Assembly: GCA_934091055.1 (NCBI GenBank)
Contig: CAKOKN010000005.1
Coordinates: 58-64,057, forward strand
Direction: 5' to 3'
Origin: an uncultured Bacilli bacterium
GTDB taxonomy: Bacteria > Bacillota_I > Bacilli_A > RF39 > UBA660
DNA length: 64,000 nt
Below are positions 19,190 through 29,674 of the stretch, piece by piece. Positions within the stretch are counted from its first letter, which is position 1, and each line of letters begins with the position of its first letter. A program made the position numbers and the translations under genes. Under the pieces are notes generated by a model that was not told where the DNA came from, made no database searches, and worked only from the letters and a program-made list of their open reading frames with translations.

Positions 19190-19951
19190 ATGTATATTGA
19201 TACACACTGTCACGTATTAAGCGAATATTATAATAATATAGAGGTTATTGTAAAAAAATGTATAGAGAATAATGTTACTAAAATTATAGTTAGTGGTTGT
19301 GATATGAAATCTAATAAGGAAGTGTTGGAACTTGTTAATAAATATGATATTATTTATGGTACTCTTGGTTTTCATCCTACAGAATTAGAAGATTTTAAAG
19401 AAGAGTATTTTGATTTTTTAATAGAAAATATTAATAATAAAAAAATAGTTGGCATAGGTGAAATAGGTCTTGATTATCATTATGAAAATACTGATAAGGA
19501 GAAACAAAAAAGAATTTTTAATAAACAGCTTGAAATTGCAGAAAAATTTAATAAACCAGTTGTTATTCATAGTAGAAATGCAATTCAAGAGACATATGAT
19601 ATGTTAAGTAAATATAATTTAAAGGGCAGTATTCATTGCTTTAGTGGTTCGTTAGAAATGGCAAAATTATTTATTAGACTTGGTTATAAAATAGGAGTAG
19701 GGGGTATAATTACCTTTAAAAATGCTAAGAATATTATTAAGGTAATAGAAAATATTGATTTATCATATATTTTATTAGAGACGGATAGTCCTTATTTGTC
19801 TCCAGAACCTTATAGAGGTAGCAAAAATGATCCTTCTAATATACCTATTATAGCTGAGAAATTAGCTAGCCTTAAAAACGTTTCAATTGCAGAAGTTGCA
19901 AGGGTTACAACCTCTAGTGCAGAGGAGGAATTTGACTTTTTTTCTAAATAA
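19190..19951 (+). CDS. tatD: TatD-family metal-dependent DNase/hydrolase
   Basis: The start MYIDTHCHV follows ggagg. Motifs IGEIGLDYH, HSR and the ETDSPYL-type. metG-tatD synteny. Confidence 0.9.
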   Translation: MYIDTHCHVLSEYYNNIEVIVKKCIENNVTKIIVSGCDMKSNKEVLELVNKYDIIYGTLGFHPTELEDFKEEYFDFLIENINNKKIVGIGEIGLDYHYENTDKEKQKRIFNKQLEIAEKFNKPVVIHSRNAIQETYDMLSKYNLKGSIHCFSGSLEMAKLFIRLGYKIGVGGIITFKNAKNIIKVIENIDLSYILLETDSPYLSPEPYRGSKNDPSNIPIIAEKLASLKNVSIAEVARVTTSSAEEEFDFFSK

Positions 19952-19993
19952 TGTTACAATTAATATGCTTAAAAATATTAAGAGGTGAGACTT

Positions 19994-20698
19994 ATGAAGA
20001 AAATAGCCACTAAGCTAATAACTATTTCTTCACAATTGTTGATGGTCGTTTTGTTTATGGTTTTCTTTTTTGCGGGAACTAAAACAAATGATAAATCTTT
20101 AACAATTGATAATGATAATTTTAGTAAAATGGCTGATTCGGTATCTTTTCTTTTTAAAAATGAAGAAAAGATGTTAAGCGTAGAGAACGATGATGTTGTT
20201 GTAGATTTAAGTGAATCTACTACTGATAAAAAAGAAGAAGAGGTAAATACAGAGGAACAAACTCAGGAAGAAGTTGTTCAAGAAGAAGCTACTCCTGATC
20301 CAGTTCCAGAGCCAACTCCTACTCCTGTTCCACTTGAGCCTTCAGTATTAGAGACTTTTGTTGGTAATCTAACAGGATATGGTCCAGATTGTTATGGATG
20401 TACTTCTGGAAAAACTAGCAGTGGTCATAATTTAAGAGAATCTATATATTATGAAGATGCTGAGTATGGTACTGTTAGAATATTGGCTGCAGATTCTTAT
20501 TTTCCATTCTATTCTATTATAAAAGTTAGTAATGTTCCAGGTATGGATCCATTCCTAGCAGTTGTATTAGATACTGGTGGAAATGTAGGATTTAATAAAA
20601 TGACTTTATTTGACTTAGCTTATGCTACTGAGAAAGATCCTAATATTATAGGACTTACTAGTAATGTTAAATTTGAAGTTTTAAGAAGAGGTAGATAA
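19994..20698 (+). CDS. 3D-domain cell-wall protein (YabE-like, short)
   Basis: TM helix, an E/T/P-rich linker, and a C-terminal 3D (MltA-like) domain with GYGPDCYGC and VVLDTGG. Confidence 0.65.
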   Translation: MKKIATKLITISSQLLMVVLFMVFFFAGTKTNDKSLTIDNDNFSKMADSVSFLFKNEEKMLSVENDDVVVDLSESTTDKKEEEVNTEEQTQEEVVQEEATPDPVPEPTPTPVPLEPSVLETFVGNLTGYGPDCYGCTSGKTSSGHNLRESIYYEDAEYGTVRILAADSYFPFYSIIKVSNVPGMDPFLAVVLDTGGNVGFNKMTLFDLAYATEKDPNIIGLTSNVKFEVLRRGR

Positions 20699-20766
20699 TT
20701 TAATACCTCTTTTTTTTTCGACATTTTTATTTCTATCTATGTCATATAATGTTATAGGAGATAAAA

Positions 20767-21693
20767 ATGAAAAAAATATTACTATTGACATTTATAATTA
20801 TATTAATTCCATTTACTATTGTTAATTTTTTTAAAGTTGATCAAAAAGAAGAAATAAAACTTAATTATGAATCTAATACTATTATTAGGGTGAAGAGAAT
20901 GGCTTCTGGGAAAATAGTTGGTGTTCCTTTTGAACAATATATAGTCGGTGTATTAGCAGGAGAAATGCCTATATATTTTAATTTAGAAGCGCTTAAGGCA
21001 CAAGCAGTGGCTGCGAGAAGTTATGCACTAAAAAGAATGGAATATAATAAAGATAATGATTTTGATGTTGTTGACTCTATTTTAAATCAGGTTTATTTAG
21101 ATGATAATTATTTAAAAGATGCTTGGGGAGATGATTATGTTAACAATATTAATAAATTAAGAGAGGCTGTTAATGCAACTAGTATGGAATACTTAGATTA
21201 TAATGGTGATGTAATAGATGCCTTGTTTTTTTCTACTAGTAATGGTTATACAGAAACTTCTTCTTTAGTTTTTAATATTGACCTACCATATTTACAAAGT
21301 GTCTCTTCATCGTGGGATGAAAAAACTAGTTCTGCTTTTAAATCAACGACTTCTATGCCATTAAGAGACTTTTATAATAAATTAAATATTGATTATTCTG
21401 ATTATTTTGATGTAAAAATATTAGAAAAGAGTTCTACTAATAGAATAATAAAACTTAGTATTAATGGAAAAGAGTTTTTAGGTAGAGATTTATATAATAC
21501 TTTAGGTCTTAAATCTACTGATTTTTCACTAAAGAAAGATGGTGATAAAGTTATTATAAATACTATAGGATATGGTCACGGAGTTGGTATGAGCCAATAT
21601 GGAGCAGAAGGAATGGCCGAAGAAGGGTACTCTTATATTGATATATTGAAACACTACTATGTTGGTACTAATATTAAAAAAATTGAAAATTAA
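20767..21693 (+). CDS. spoIID: Stage II sporulation protein D (SpoIID/LytB lytic transglycosylase)
   Basis: Motifs EQYIVGVLAGEMP, ALKAQAVAARSYAL and HGVGMSQYGA. Confidence 0.85.
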   Translation: MKKILLLTFIIILIPFTIVNFFKVDQKEEIKLNYESNTIIRVKRMASGKIVGVPFEQYIVGVLAGEMPIYFNLEALKAQAVAARSYALKRMEYNKDNDFDVVDSILNQVYLDDNYLKDAWGDDYVNNINKLREAVNATSMEYLDYNGDVIDALFFSTSNGYTETSSLVFNIDLPYLQSVSSSWDEKTSSAFKSTTSMPLRDFYNKLNIDYSDYFDVKILEKSSTNRIIKLSINGKEFLGRDLYNTLGLKSTDFSLKKDGDKVIINTIGYGHGVGMSQYGAEGMAEEGYSYIDILKHYYVGTNIKKIEN

Positions 21694-21739
21694 GTATATA
21701 TTTTTTAATTTAGGAAACAACTATATTAGAGGTGAAAAT

Positions 21740-22384
21740 ATGAATAGTAAAAGAATTAAATCATTTATGGTTCCTATAGTTTATGGAGGATGTGTACTTG
21801 TATTTTTATTTAGCATTTATTTTGCTGGAAGATTTGCAAGAAGAGTTTTGTTTACTGACGACTCTAACTTGAAATACGTTGATGGTGAGATTACTAAAGA
21901 AGGAGGTAATAGTGAGTTACCTGTTGTTAGTACTTCCAGTCAAATAGTAAGACCTTATCTAGATAATACAGTTTCTGTAGTTAAATCTTTTTATGATTAT
22001 AAAGGAGATTCTACTACTCAGGAAGAGTCTATAATTGTGTATGATGGTACATATATGCAAAACTCTGGTGTTGATTATTCAGGAGATAATATCTTTGATG
22101 TAATTAGTATACTAGATGGAACTGTTATTTCTGTAGAAGACAATGAGTTATTAGGTACTACTGTTGAAATAAGACACAGTAATGATTTGATATCTGTATA
22201 TCAAAGTTTATCTGATGTTATTGTAAAAAAAGATGATTTGGTAATTCAAGGTCAAATTATTGCTAAAAGTGGCACTTCTAATATAAATAAAGAATTAGAA
22301 AATCATTTACATTTTGAATTGTATTACAAGGGTAAAATTGTTAATCCTGAAGAATACTATAATAAATCTGTAGATGAGTTATAG
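21740..22384 (+). CDS. spoIIQ: SpoIIQ-like membrane protein with a degenerate LytM/M23 domain
   Basis: Start MNSKRIK after gaggtg, with an N-terminal TM. VVKSFYDY...TVEIRHSNDLISVYQSLSDV...HLHFELY parallels my recollection of B. subtilis SpoIIQ. The first zinc-ligand position reads QNSGVD, so the His is absent. Confidence 0.65.
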   Translation: MNSKRIKSFMVPIVYGGCVLVFLFSIYFAGRFARRVLFTDDSNLKYVDGEITKEGGNSELPVVSTSSQIVRPYLDNTVSVVKSFYDYKGDSTTQEESIIVYDGTYMQNSGVDYSGDNIFDVISILDGTVISVEDNELLGTTVEIRHSNDLISVYQSLSDVIVKKDDLVIQGQIIAKSGTSNINKELENHLHFELYYKGKIVNPEEYYNKSVDEL

Positions 22385-22446
22385 GCAGTAATGCCTTTTT
22401 TTACATAATATATTTCTCTCTTAATATAATATACTAGGTGAAATAT

Positions 22447-22704
22447 ATGAATAAAATTATATACAGTAGAGTATTAGATGAGGCAAATTATATAATTGCC
22501 ACTAATAAAACTTTAAGAGAGACTTCCTCAGTATTCTTGGTATCAAAGAGTACAGTTCATAAAGATATGAATGATAGACTAAGAGAAATTGACTATAATT
22601 TGTACAAAAAAGTGTCAAGTATTTTGAAATATCATATTAATATTAAGCATATTAGAGGAGGAGAAGCGACAAAAAGGAAATTTTTGGCGAAAAAGTGTAA
22701 TTAG
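22447..22704 (+). CDS. spoIIID: Sporulation transcriptional regulator SpoIIID
   Basis: VSKSTVHKDMNDRL and HIRGGEATKRKF motifs, nearly as in B. subtilis SpoIIID. Lies upstream of mbl. Confidence 0.9.
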   Translation: MNKIIYSRVLDEANYIIATNKTLRETSSVFLVSKSTVHKDMNDRLREIDYNLYKKVSSILKYHINIKHIRGGEATKRKFLAKKCN

Positions 22705-22757
22705 AACTGTAAAAAAAGGGAAAAGTGTGTTAAAATGTATAAGAGGATGGTGATTTT

Positions 22758-23750
22758 ATGTTTAACAAGGATATTGGAATAGATTTAGGAACTGCAAATG
22801 TACTTATTTACATTAAGGGTCAAGGTATAGTACTTAATGAACCATCTGTTGTTGCAATAGACGCTGATACTAAAAAACCCCTAGCGGTTGGTAGTGAAGC
22901 ACACGAAATGCTTGGAAGGACTCCTGGCAAAGTAAAAGCTATTAAGCCTATGAAAGATGGAGTAATTGCCGATTATGATACTACAGAGGTTATGCTTAAT
23001 TATTTTATTAAAAAAGTAAATGGCAAGAGTTTCTTTTCTAGACCTAGAATTCTTATATGTTGTCCTTCTAATATTACTCAAGTAGAAAAAAATGCTATTA
23101 AAGAAGCTGCTGAAAGAACTGGTGCTAAGAAAGTATTCTTAGAGGAAGAACCTAAAGTTGCTTCAATTGGTGCGGGTATGGATATATCTAAACCTAGTGG
23201 TAATATGGTTATTGATATTGGTGGTGGTACTACTGATATAGCTATTTTATCTTTAGGTGGTATAGTAAATAGTGCATCTATTAGAATAGCTGGTAATGCT
23301 TTTGATAATGATATTGTAAAATATATTAAAGATAAATATAAGTTGTTAGTTGGAGAAAGAACTGCTGAAGATATTAAAATAACTATTGGTACTGTTTTTC
23401 CTGGTTCAAGAGATGAGAAGATGGAAGTTAGAGGTAGAGATTTAGTTACTGGTCTTCCACATACTATAACTTTAACTAGTGATGAAGTAGAAGAGGCATT
23501 AAGAGAGAGTATATATACAATTATTCACGCTGTAAAGAGTATATTAGAACAAACTCCTCCTGAATTGTCTGCTGATATTATTGATAAAGGAATTGTTCTT
23601 ACAGGTGGGGGAGCAATGGTAGATGGTTTTTCTCAAATATTAAGTCAAGAACTTAAAGTACCAGTATTTATAGCAGAATCTCCTCTTACTTGTGTAGCAG
23701 AGGGAACAGGAATACTTTTAGATAACCTATATATGTTAGAAAGACAATAA
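22758..23750 (+). CDS. mbl: MreB-family actin homologue (Mbl-like by synteny)
   Basis: Motifs DIGIDLGTANVLIY, DIGGGTTDIA and LTGGGA. spoIIID-mbl adjacency as in Bacillus. Confidence 0.9.
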   Translation: MFNKDIGIDLGTANVLIYIKGQGIVLNEPSVVAIDADTKKPLAVGSEAHEMLGRTPGKVKAIKPMKDGVIADYDTTEVMLNYFIKKVNGKSFFSRPRILICCPSNITQVEKNAIKEAAERTGAKKVFLEEEPKVASIGAGMDISKPSGNMVIDIGGGTTDIAILSLGGIVNSASIRIAGNAFDNDIVKYIKDKYKLLVGERTAEDIKITIGTVFPGSRDEKMEVRGRDLVTGLPHTITLTSDEVEEALRESIYTIIHAVKSILEQTPPELSADIIDKGIVLTGGGAMVDGFSQILSQELKVPVFIAESPLTCVAEGTGILLDNLYMLERQ

Positions 23751-23879
23751 TTGAATTAGAGTTCTTTATTTAGAATTCTAATTTTTATTTAAAATGTAAA
23801 TAATATGTAAAAATGTAACTAATTATATAACATTTAATAAAAATTTTAGTATAATTATATTAGAAGGATTGGTGGTAAA

Positions 23880-24314
23880 ATGACTATTGGTATTGCAAGC
23901 GATCATCGTGGTTATAAGTTAAAAAAATTGTTAAAAGAAAATTTAAGTAATTATAATATAATTGATTATGGAACTGATAGTGAAGAGTCTGTTGACTTTC
24001 CTATTTATGCTGAGAAATTAGGAAGTGCAATTCAAAAAGGTGAAGTAGACTTTGGAGTAGCAATTTGTGGTACTGGTATTGGTATGAGTATAACTCTTAA
24101 TAAGATGAAAGGTGTTTATTGTGCTAAAGTATCTAATTTGAGTGAGGTTATGCTTTCTAGATCACATAATAATGCTAATGCTCTTGCTATGTCTGAGGAT
24201 ATATCTATAGAGGTTGCTATTGAGATGGTAAATAAATTTGTTGAAACACCTTTTTCAAATATAAATAAATATATAAAAAGAAATGATATGATTAGAGAAT
24301 TAGAAAATGATTAA
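23880..24314 (+). CDS. rpiB: Ribose-5-phosphate isomerase B
   Basis: RpiB/LacAB fold with IASDHRGY and CGTGIGMSI motifs. Confidence 0.85.
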   Translation: MTIGIASDHRGYKLKKLLKENLSNYNIIDYGTDSEESVDFPIYAEKLGSAIQKGEVDFGVAICGTGIGMSITLNKMKGVYCAKVSNLSEVMLSRSHNNANALAMSEDISIEVAIEMVNKFVETPFSNINKYIKRNDMIRELEND

Positions 24315-24495
24315 ACTATTTTTATATTTAATATGTATACCTATTACCATTTTTGCTATAGATAGTATTAATATTAATTGTATCTTTAAAAAGAATAAAG
24401 TCTATCAGGCAAAGCTATTTTATTTAATACTTGTTTTTTCTGTATCTTATTTGTTTACTAATTTTATATATGATTTTGTTTATTCAATTAAATGA
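24307..24495 (+). CDS. Small membrane protein, DUF1146 (YwzB)-like
   Basis: Two TM helices separated by a FKKNKVYQAKL-type loop. Confidence 0.4.
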   Translation: MIKLFLYLICIPITIFAIDSININCIFKKNKVYQAKLFYLILVFSVSYLFTNFIYDFVYSIK

Positions 24496-24574
24496 TGTTA
24501 TTAATAAAAGATATTTTAATTAATGTCTTTTATTTATTTTGATTATGTGTTAAAATATGTTGCGAGGGATTTTT

Positions 24575-25558
24575 ATGTTTAAAATAGGAAATATTGAAAT
24601 GAAAAATAATATAGTACTTGCTCCTATGGCTGGTGTTTGTAACAGTGCTTTTAGAAAGATAATAAAAGAAATGGGATGTGGTCTTATTTATGCCGAGATG
24701 GTAAGTGATAAGGGAATGATTTACAATAGTCAAAAAACAAAAGATATGCTTTATTTTGAGGAATGTGAGCGGCCAATAGCACAACAAATATTTGGCAGTG
24801 ATAAGAGTACTTTTGCTAGTGCTGCTAAAATGGTTGAGGATATTATGCATCCAGATATTATTGATATTAATATGGGATGTCCTGTTCCTAAGGTGGCTAT
24901 TAAGTCACAAGCTGGTAGTGCTCTTTTGAAGGATCCTGAAAAAATAAGAGACATAGTTAGTTCAGTAGTAAAAACAGTAAAAGTACCTGTAACTGTTAAG
25001 ATTAGAAGTGGTTGGGATACAAATAGTATAAATGCAGTTGAGGTCGCAAAAATATGTGAAGAGGCAGGTGCTAGTGCAATTACAGTACACGGTAGAACTA
25101 GAAGTCAAGGTTATTCTGGGAATGTTGATTTAGATATCATAAAGAAAGTAAAAGAAAATGTTAATATACCTGTTATTGGTAATGGGGATATTACTTCTTT
25201 AGAAAGCGCTAAAAAAATGATAGAGTACACTGGCTGTGATGCTATTATGATTGGAAGAGGTGTACTTGGAAATCCTTGGCTTATTAAGGAATTAGTAACA
25301 TACTTTGATACTGGTGAGATTATAGAAAAACCTAGTTACGAAGAGAAGATTAATATGTGTTTTCATCATTTAGAGTATTTATTGAAGATAAAACCAGAGA
25401 AAACTGCTGTACTAGAAATGCGTAGTTTTGTAGCTTGGTATATTAAAGGTTTACCTAATGCTCAAAGTGTTAAAAACGAAGTATTTAAAGCAAAAACTAG
25501 TGATGAACTTAAAAAAATTCTTAATAACTATTTAAAAGTATTAAAAAATAGTATATAA
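24575..25558 (+). CDS. dusB: tRNA-dihydrouridine synthase B
   Basis: Motifs LAPMAGV, DINMGCP and HGRTR. The start MFKIG follows gaggga. dusB-lysS synteny. Confidence 0.9.
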   Translation: MFKIGNIEMKNNIVLAPMAGVCNSAFRKIIKEMGCGLIYAEMVSDKGMIYNSQKTKDMLYFEECERPIAQQIFGSDKSTFASAAKMVEDIMHPDIIDINMGCPVPKVAIKSQAGSALLKDPEKIRDIVSSVVKTVKVPVTVKIRSGWDTNSINAVEVAKICEEAGASAITVHGRTRSQGYSGNVDLDIIKKVKENVNIPVIGNGDITSLESAKKMIEYTGCDAIMIGRGVLGNPWLIKELVTYFDTGEIIEKPSYEEKINMCFHHLEYLLKIKPEKTAVLEMRSFVAWYIKGLPNAQSVKNEVFKAKTSDELKKILNNYLKVLKNSI

Positions 25559-25577
25559 TATTTATTAGGTGATGTGA

Positions 25578-26177
25578 ATGAAAGCGAATATTTTTAAGAG
25601 AGTTAGTGCTTATCTAATTGATTATTTTATAGTTATGTTTATACTTTCATTAATAACTATGGGTATTGGTGGGAATAGTACAATAACTAAAGAAATAAAT
25701 AATTTAGCAGAAAGTTATGCAAATAAAGAGATTACTATTGAAGAATATAGTGAAAAAACGCAAGAATTAAATTATGAACTTCAGAAAAGTAATGTAGCTG
25801 TTAATGCAGTTTCAGTAACACTATTTATTGGTTACTTTATTGTATTTGCATATTTTAATAAAGGGCAAACTATTGGTAAGAAATTATTAAAAATTAAGGT
25901 AGTAGAAGATAATAAGAAACCTAGTATAAAGGCAATGATTATTAGAGGCTTGTTTGTATATGGTATACTTACAGGACTATATACTGCGATTTTTGTTAAT
26001 ATTCTTAGTAAAAAATATTTTAATTATGGTAGTGCAATATGTAGTTATATTGAATTATTCTTTGTAGTGGTATCTTTCTTTATGGTACTATACAAAAAGG
26101 ATGGAAGGGGATTACACGATTTGATGGCTGGTACTAGCGTTATAGAAGAGGTGAAAGAAAATGGAAAGACAATTTAG
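25578..26177 (+). CDS. RDD-family membrane protein
   Basis: RVSAYLIDYFIV, several TM segments and GRGLHDLMAGT, which are RDD hallmarks. Confidence 0.65.
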   Translation: MKANIFKRVSAYLIDYFIVMFILSLITMGIGGNSTITKEINNLAESYANKEITIEEYSEKTQELNYELQKSNVAVNAVSVTLFIGYFIVFAYFNKGQTIGKKLLKIKVVEDNKKPSIKAMIIRGLFVYGILTGLYTAIFVNILSKKYFNYGSAICSYIELFFVVVSFFMVLYKKDGRGLHDLMAGTSVIEEVKENGKTI

Positions 26178-28059
26178 TGAACAAGAACAAGTAAGAAGGG
26201 ATAAATTAGAGGAGATAAAGAATTATTGCAATCCTTATCCTGAAAAATATAATATTACGCATAAGATTAGAGAAGCAAGATTATTAGAGGATGGTACCAC
26301 TGATGTTGCTATAGCAGGTAGAATTGTATTTATGAGAAAGATGGGTAAGCTTTCATTTGTAAGAATTCGTGATATTGAAGGGGATATGCAACTTGAAATT
26401 AAGATAGATATGGTTGGGGAAGATAAATATAATTTCTTTAAAAAACTAATTGATACTGGAGATTTCATTGGAGCAAATGGTGAAATATTTACAACACAAA
26501 CTGGAGAGAAAACTTTAAGAGTACATAGTTTTGAGTTTTTAGGAAAAGCTCTTAGACCATTACCAGAGAAGTTTCACGGTCTTACAGATACTGAAATGAA
26601 GTATAGACAAAGATATGTTGATTTAATTATAAATGAAGATTCTAGACGTGTATTTTTAGGTAGAAGTAAATTTTATTCTTACTTACATAAATATTTAGGA
26701 GAAAATGGCTTTTTACAAGTAGAAACTCCTATACTACAAAATGCTGTGTGTGGAGCTAGTGCTAGACCTTTTTATACACATCATAATGCTTTAGATATGG
26801 ATTGTAATCTTAGAATAGCTCCTGAAACATATTTAAAACAATGTATAGCAGGTGGCTTTGATAAGGTATATGAACTTGCTAAATGTTTTAGAAATGAAGG
26901 AATGGATACAGAACATTTACAGGAATTTACTCAAGTAGAGTGGTATGCTTCTTATTGGAATTTTGAAGATAATATTAAGTTTTATCAAGGATTTATAAGA
27001 GGATTACTTAAAGAACTTATAGGTGATACTGTTGTTAATTATCAAGGTAATAAAATAGACTTTGGTGCTGATTGGAAAAGAATTAACTATGTCGAAGAAA
27101 TGAGAAATGTATTAGGTTTTGATTTTCTTGATATAGATGATCCTAAAGCCCTTAAAGATAAAGTGGTAGAAAAAGGTTTATTTACTTATGATGAACTAGA
27201 AGAATATAAGTCTCTTAGTCAAATTATAGATTTTATATATAAAAGAAAAATTAGAACTGACGTTCTAGAACCTACTATTATATATAACTATCCAGCAGTT
27301 TTAATTCCTCTTGCAAGAAGAAATGATACTGATCCTAGAGTTATAGATGTGTTCCAAGTTGTTGCTTGTGGTACAGAATTGTGTAAGGCTTATTCAGAAC
27401 TTGTTAATCCATTTACACAAAGAGAGGCTTTTGAGGATCAATTAAAAGCTAAAGCTCAAGGTGATGATGAGACTATGGAACTTGATGAAGATTTCTTGTC
27501 TTCAATGGAACAAGGTATGCCTCCTATATCTGGACTTGGATTTGGTATTGATAGACTTATGATGATTATTTATGATAGACCTTCTATTAGAGATGTTGTT
27601 TTATTTCCACAAATGAAGCCATTAAATGATACAAAGAAGATTGTTACTGTAAATAATACATCTTTAGTAGATACAAAAGTAATAGACTTTTCTAATGTTA
27701 AAATAGAACCTTTATTTGAAGAGGAAGTAGACTTTGATACTTTTAGTAAATCTGATTTTAGAGTTGTAAAAATTATTAATTGTGAGGAAGTTCCAAATTC
27801 TAAGAAATTATTAAAATTTACTTTGAATGATGGTACTGGTACTGATAGAATAATTTTAAGCGGCATTCGTGAATATTATACGCCTTCGGAGTTGATTGGT
27901 AAAACTTGCGTTGCAATTGTAAATCTTCCTCCTAAAACTATGGCTGGAATTGATTCTTGTGGAATGTTAATTAGTGCTGTTTATGAAGATAGTGGAAAAG
28001 AGAAGTTACATCTATTAATGATAAGTGATTGTATACCAGCAGGAGCTAAGTTATATTAA
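26161..28059 (+). CDS. lysS: Lysine--tRNA ligase (class II) fused to a C-terminal Trbp111/MetRS-type tRNA-binding domain
   Basis: N-terminal OB anticodon domain, then class II motifs (FRNEG, GFGIDRL). An extra roughly 125 aa (about 27688-28056) follows. Its sequence DFRVVKIINCEEVPNSKKLLKFTLNDGTG...SGIREYY...VNLPPKTMAGIDSCGMLISA resembles the MetRS C-terminal/CsaA fold. Confidence 0.85.
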   Translation: MERQFSEQEQVRRDKLEEIKNYCNPYPEKYNITHKIREARLLEDGTTDVAIAGRIVFMRKMGKLSFVRIRDIEGDMQLEIKIDMVGEDKYNFFKKLIDTGDFIGANGEIFTTQTGEKTLRVHSFEFLGKALRPLPEKFHGLTDTEMKYRQRYVDLIINEDSRRVFLGRSKFYSYLHKYLGENGFLQVETPILQNAVCGASARPFYTHHNALDMDCNLRIAPETYLKQCIAGGFDKVYELAKCFRNEGMDTEHLQEFTQVEWYASYWNFEDNIKFYQGFIRGLLKELIGDTVVNYQGNKIDFGADWKRINYVEEMRNVLGFDFLDIDDPKALKDKVVEKGLFTYDELEEYKSLSQIIDFIYKRKIRTDVLEPTIIYNYPAVLIPLARRNDTDPRVIDVFQVVACGTELCKAYSELVNPFTQREAFEDQLKAKAQGDDETMELDEDFLSSMEQGMPPISGLGFGIDRLMMIIYDRPSIRDVVLFPQMKPLNDTKKIVTVNNTSLVDTKVIDFSNVKIEPLFEEEVDFDTFSKSDFRVVKIINCEEVPNSKKLLKFTLNDGTGTDRIILSGIREYYTPSELIGKTCVAIVNLPPKTMAGIDSCGMLISAVYEDSGKEKLHLLMISDCIPAGAKLY

Positions 28060-28202
28060 TTTATTTAATAGGGTACTAATTTATCTATTTTTGATATATT
28101 TAGTCTTAATGTGTTATAAAATAAGGGAAAACGTTTGAAATTTTCTCTTTTTTATTTACTTTTAATTCATTTGTGCTATAATTATTGTTAGAGGAGGTTA
28201 TT

Positions 28203-29666
28203 ATGAAAAAACATAGTTTATTTAAAGTGATGTTGATTATTTTGGGATTATTAGTAATTTGTAGTTACATTATTCCTGGAAGAGAAGGCAGTCTATCATA
28301 CATAGCATTAGGTGATATTGGACTTAACTTTGCACAGTCATTCTATTATTTCTTTGATACTGTTGTTTACTTAATAGTACTTGGTGCATTTTATGGAATA
28401 CTAAATTCTATACCTGCATATAAGAAATTATTAGATGGCATTACATCAAAAGTAAGATCACATAGTAAATTATTCGTATTCCTTACTACTGGAGTATTTG
28501 CAGTACTTACTTCAATAACTGGACTTATGAATACTATTCTTATTTTTGTACCATTTGTTATTTCAATTATAATGCTACTTGGATATGATAAACTTGTTGC
28601 TGTAAGTGCTACTATAGTTGCTATGCTTGTAGGTTATGCTGGTGGAATATTTGTAACATTCAGAGATCCTAGTAGCTATTATGGATATGCATCTACTACT
28701 CTAGAACAAATGGCAGGTTTAGATACTTATACTTGTCTATTAGTAAAAATTATATTACTAGTTTTAGGTGTAGCTTTCCTTATACTTTATATCAATTGGC
28801 ATATTAAAAATGTTCAAAATAAAAAGGTTAAGTATGAGTTAAATGAGAGCAGCGAAGTAATGGTATCAGAAGTAAAAGGTGATTATAAGAATATTAAGAC
28901 TTGGCCTTTATTGGTAGTTTTATCATTAATCTTAGTTATCTTAGTATTAGGATATATGCCTTGGAATTCATTATTTGGAATTGAATGTTTTGACAAATTC
29001 CACGAATGGTTAATTGGCTTGACTATTCCTAAATTTAGTGTATTTGGTATTAAGTTCCCTGAATATCCAGTATTTAATAGTTTAATTTCAGGTAATCTAT
29101 ATGCTTTAGGTAATTGGGGAAGTTTAGGTTCATATATGTCAATTATTATAACTTTGATTGTCTTCTCTATTATATTGAAGATTATATACAGAGTTAAATT
29201 TAATGATGTAATTGATTCTTTTGTTGAAGGATCTAAGAAGATGATACCTAGTATTCTATTAATGATGATTGCTTATGCTATATTGGTTTGTTCTTATAAT
29301 AATGGTATAATGTCTACTATTATCACTTGGCTTGCTGGTACAAAATTAGGTCTTAATGCTGCTGCTACTGTTTTAGTAAGTGCACTTGGTACTTTATTAC
29401 ATCCAGATTTCTATTATGCAGTTGCTGGCGTATTTAATCCTATTTTAACAGCTGCTACTGATGAATCAATGACTTCTACATATGTAGTTGCTTTCCAAAG
29501 TGTTTATGGATTAGTATCTGTAATTGCACCTACTAGTTTCTTATTAATAGTAGTGCTTAAATACTTTGATATTCCATATACTACTTGGATTAAGTACATA
29601 TGGAGATTTGTGTTAGTGTTATTATCAATTATAATATTATCATTAATTGTGCTTTCATTAATATAG
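28203..29666 (+). CDS. Polytopic membrane transporter, YfcC/DcuC-like
   Basis: The start MKKHSLF follows agaggagg. About 11-12 TM segments. The N-terminal YIIPG motif and overall length resemble the YfcC family. Confidence 0.45.
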   Translation: MKKHSLFKVMLIILGLLVICSYIIPGREGSLSYIALGDIGLNFAQSFYYFFDTVVYLIVLGAFYGILNSIPAYKKLLDGITSKVRSHSKLFVFLTTGVFAVLTSITGLMNTILIFVPFVISIIMLLGYDKLVAVSATIVAMLVGYAGGIFVTFRDPSSYYGYASTTLEQMAGLDTYTCLLVKIILLVLGVAFLILYINWHIKNVQNKKVKYELNESSEVMVSEVKGDYKNIKTWPLLVVLSLILVILVLGYMPWNSLFGIECFDKFHEWLIGLTIPKFSVFGIKFPEYPVFNSLISGNLYALGNWGSLGSYMSIIITLIVFSIILKIIYRVKFNDVIDSFVEGSKKMIPSILLMMIAYAILVCSYNNGIMSTIITWLAGTKLGLNAAATVLVSALGTLLHPDFYYAVAGVFNPILTAATDESMTSTYVVAFQSVYGLVSVIAPTSFLLIVVLKYFDIPYTTWIKYIWRFVLVLLSIIILSLIVLSLI

Positions 29667-29674
29667 AAATAAAA

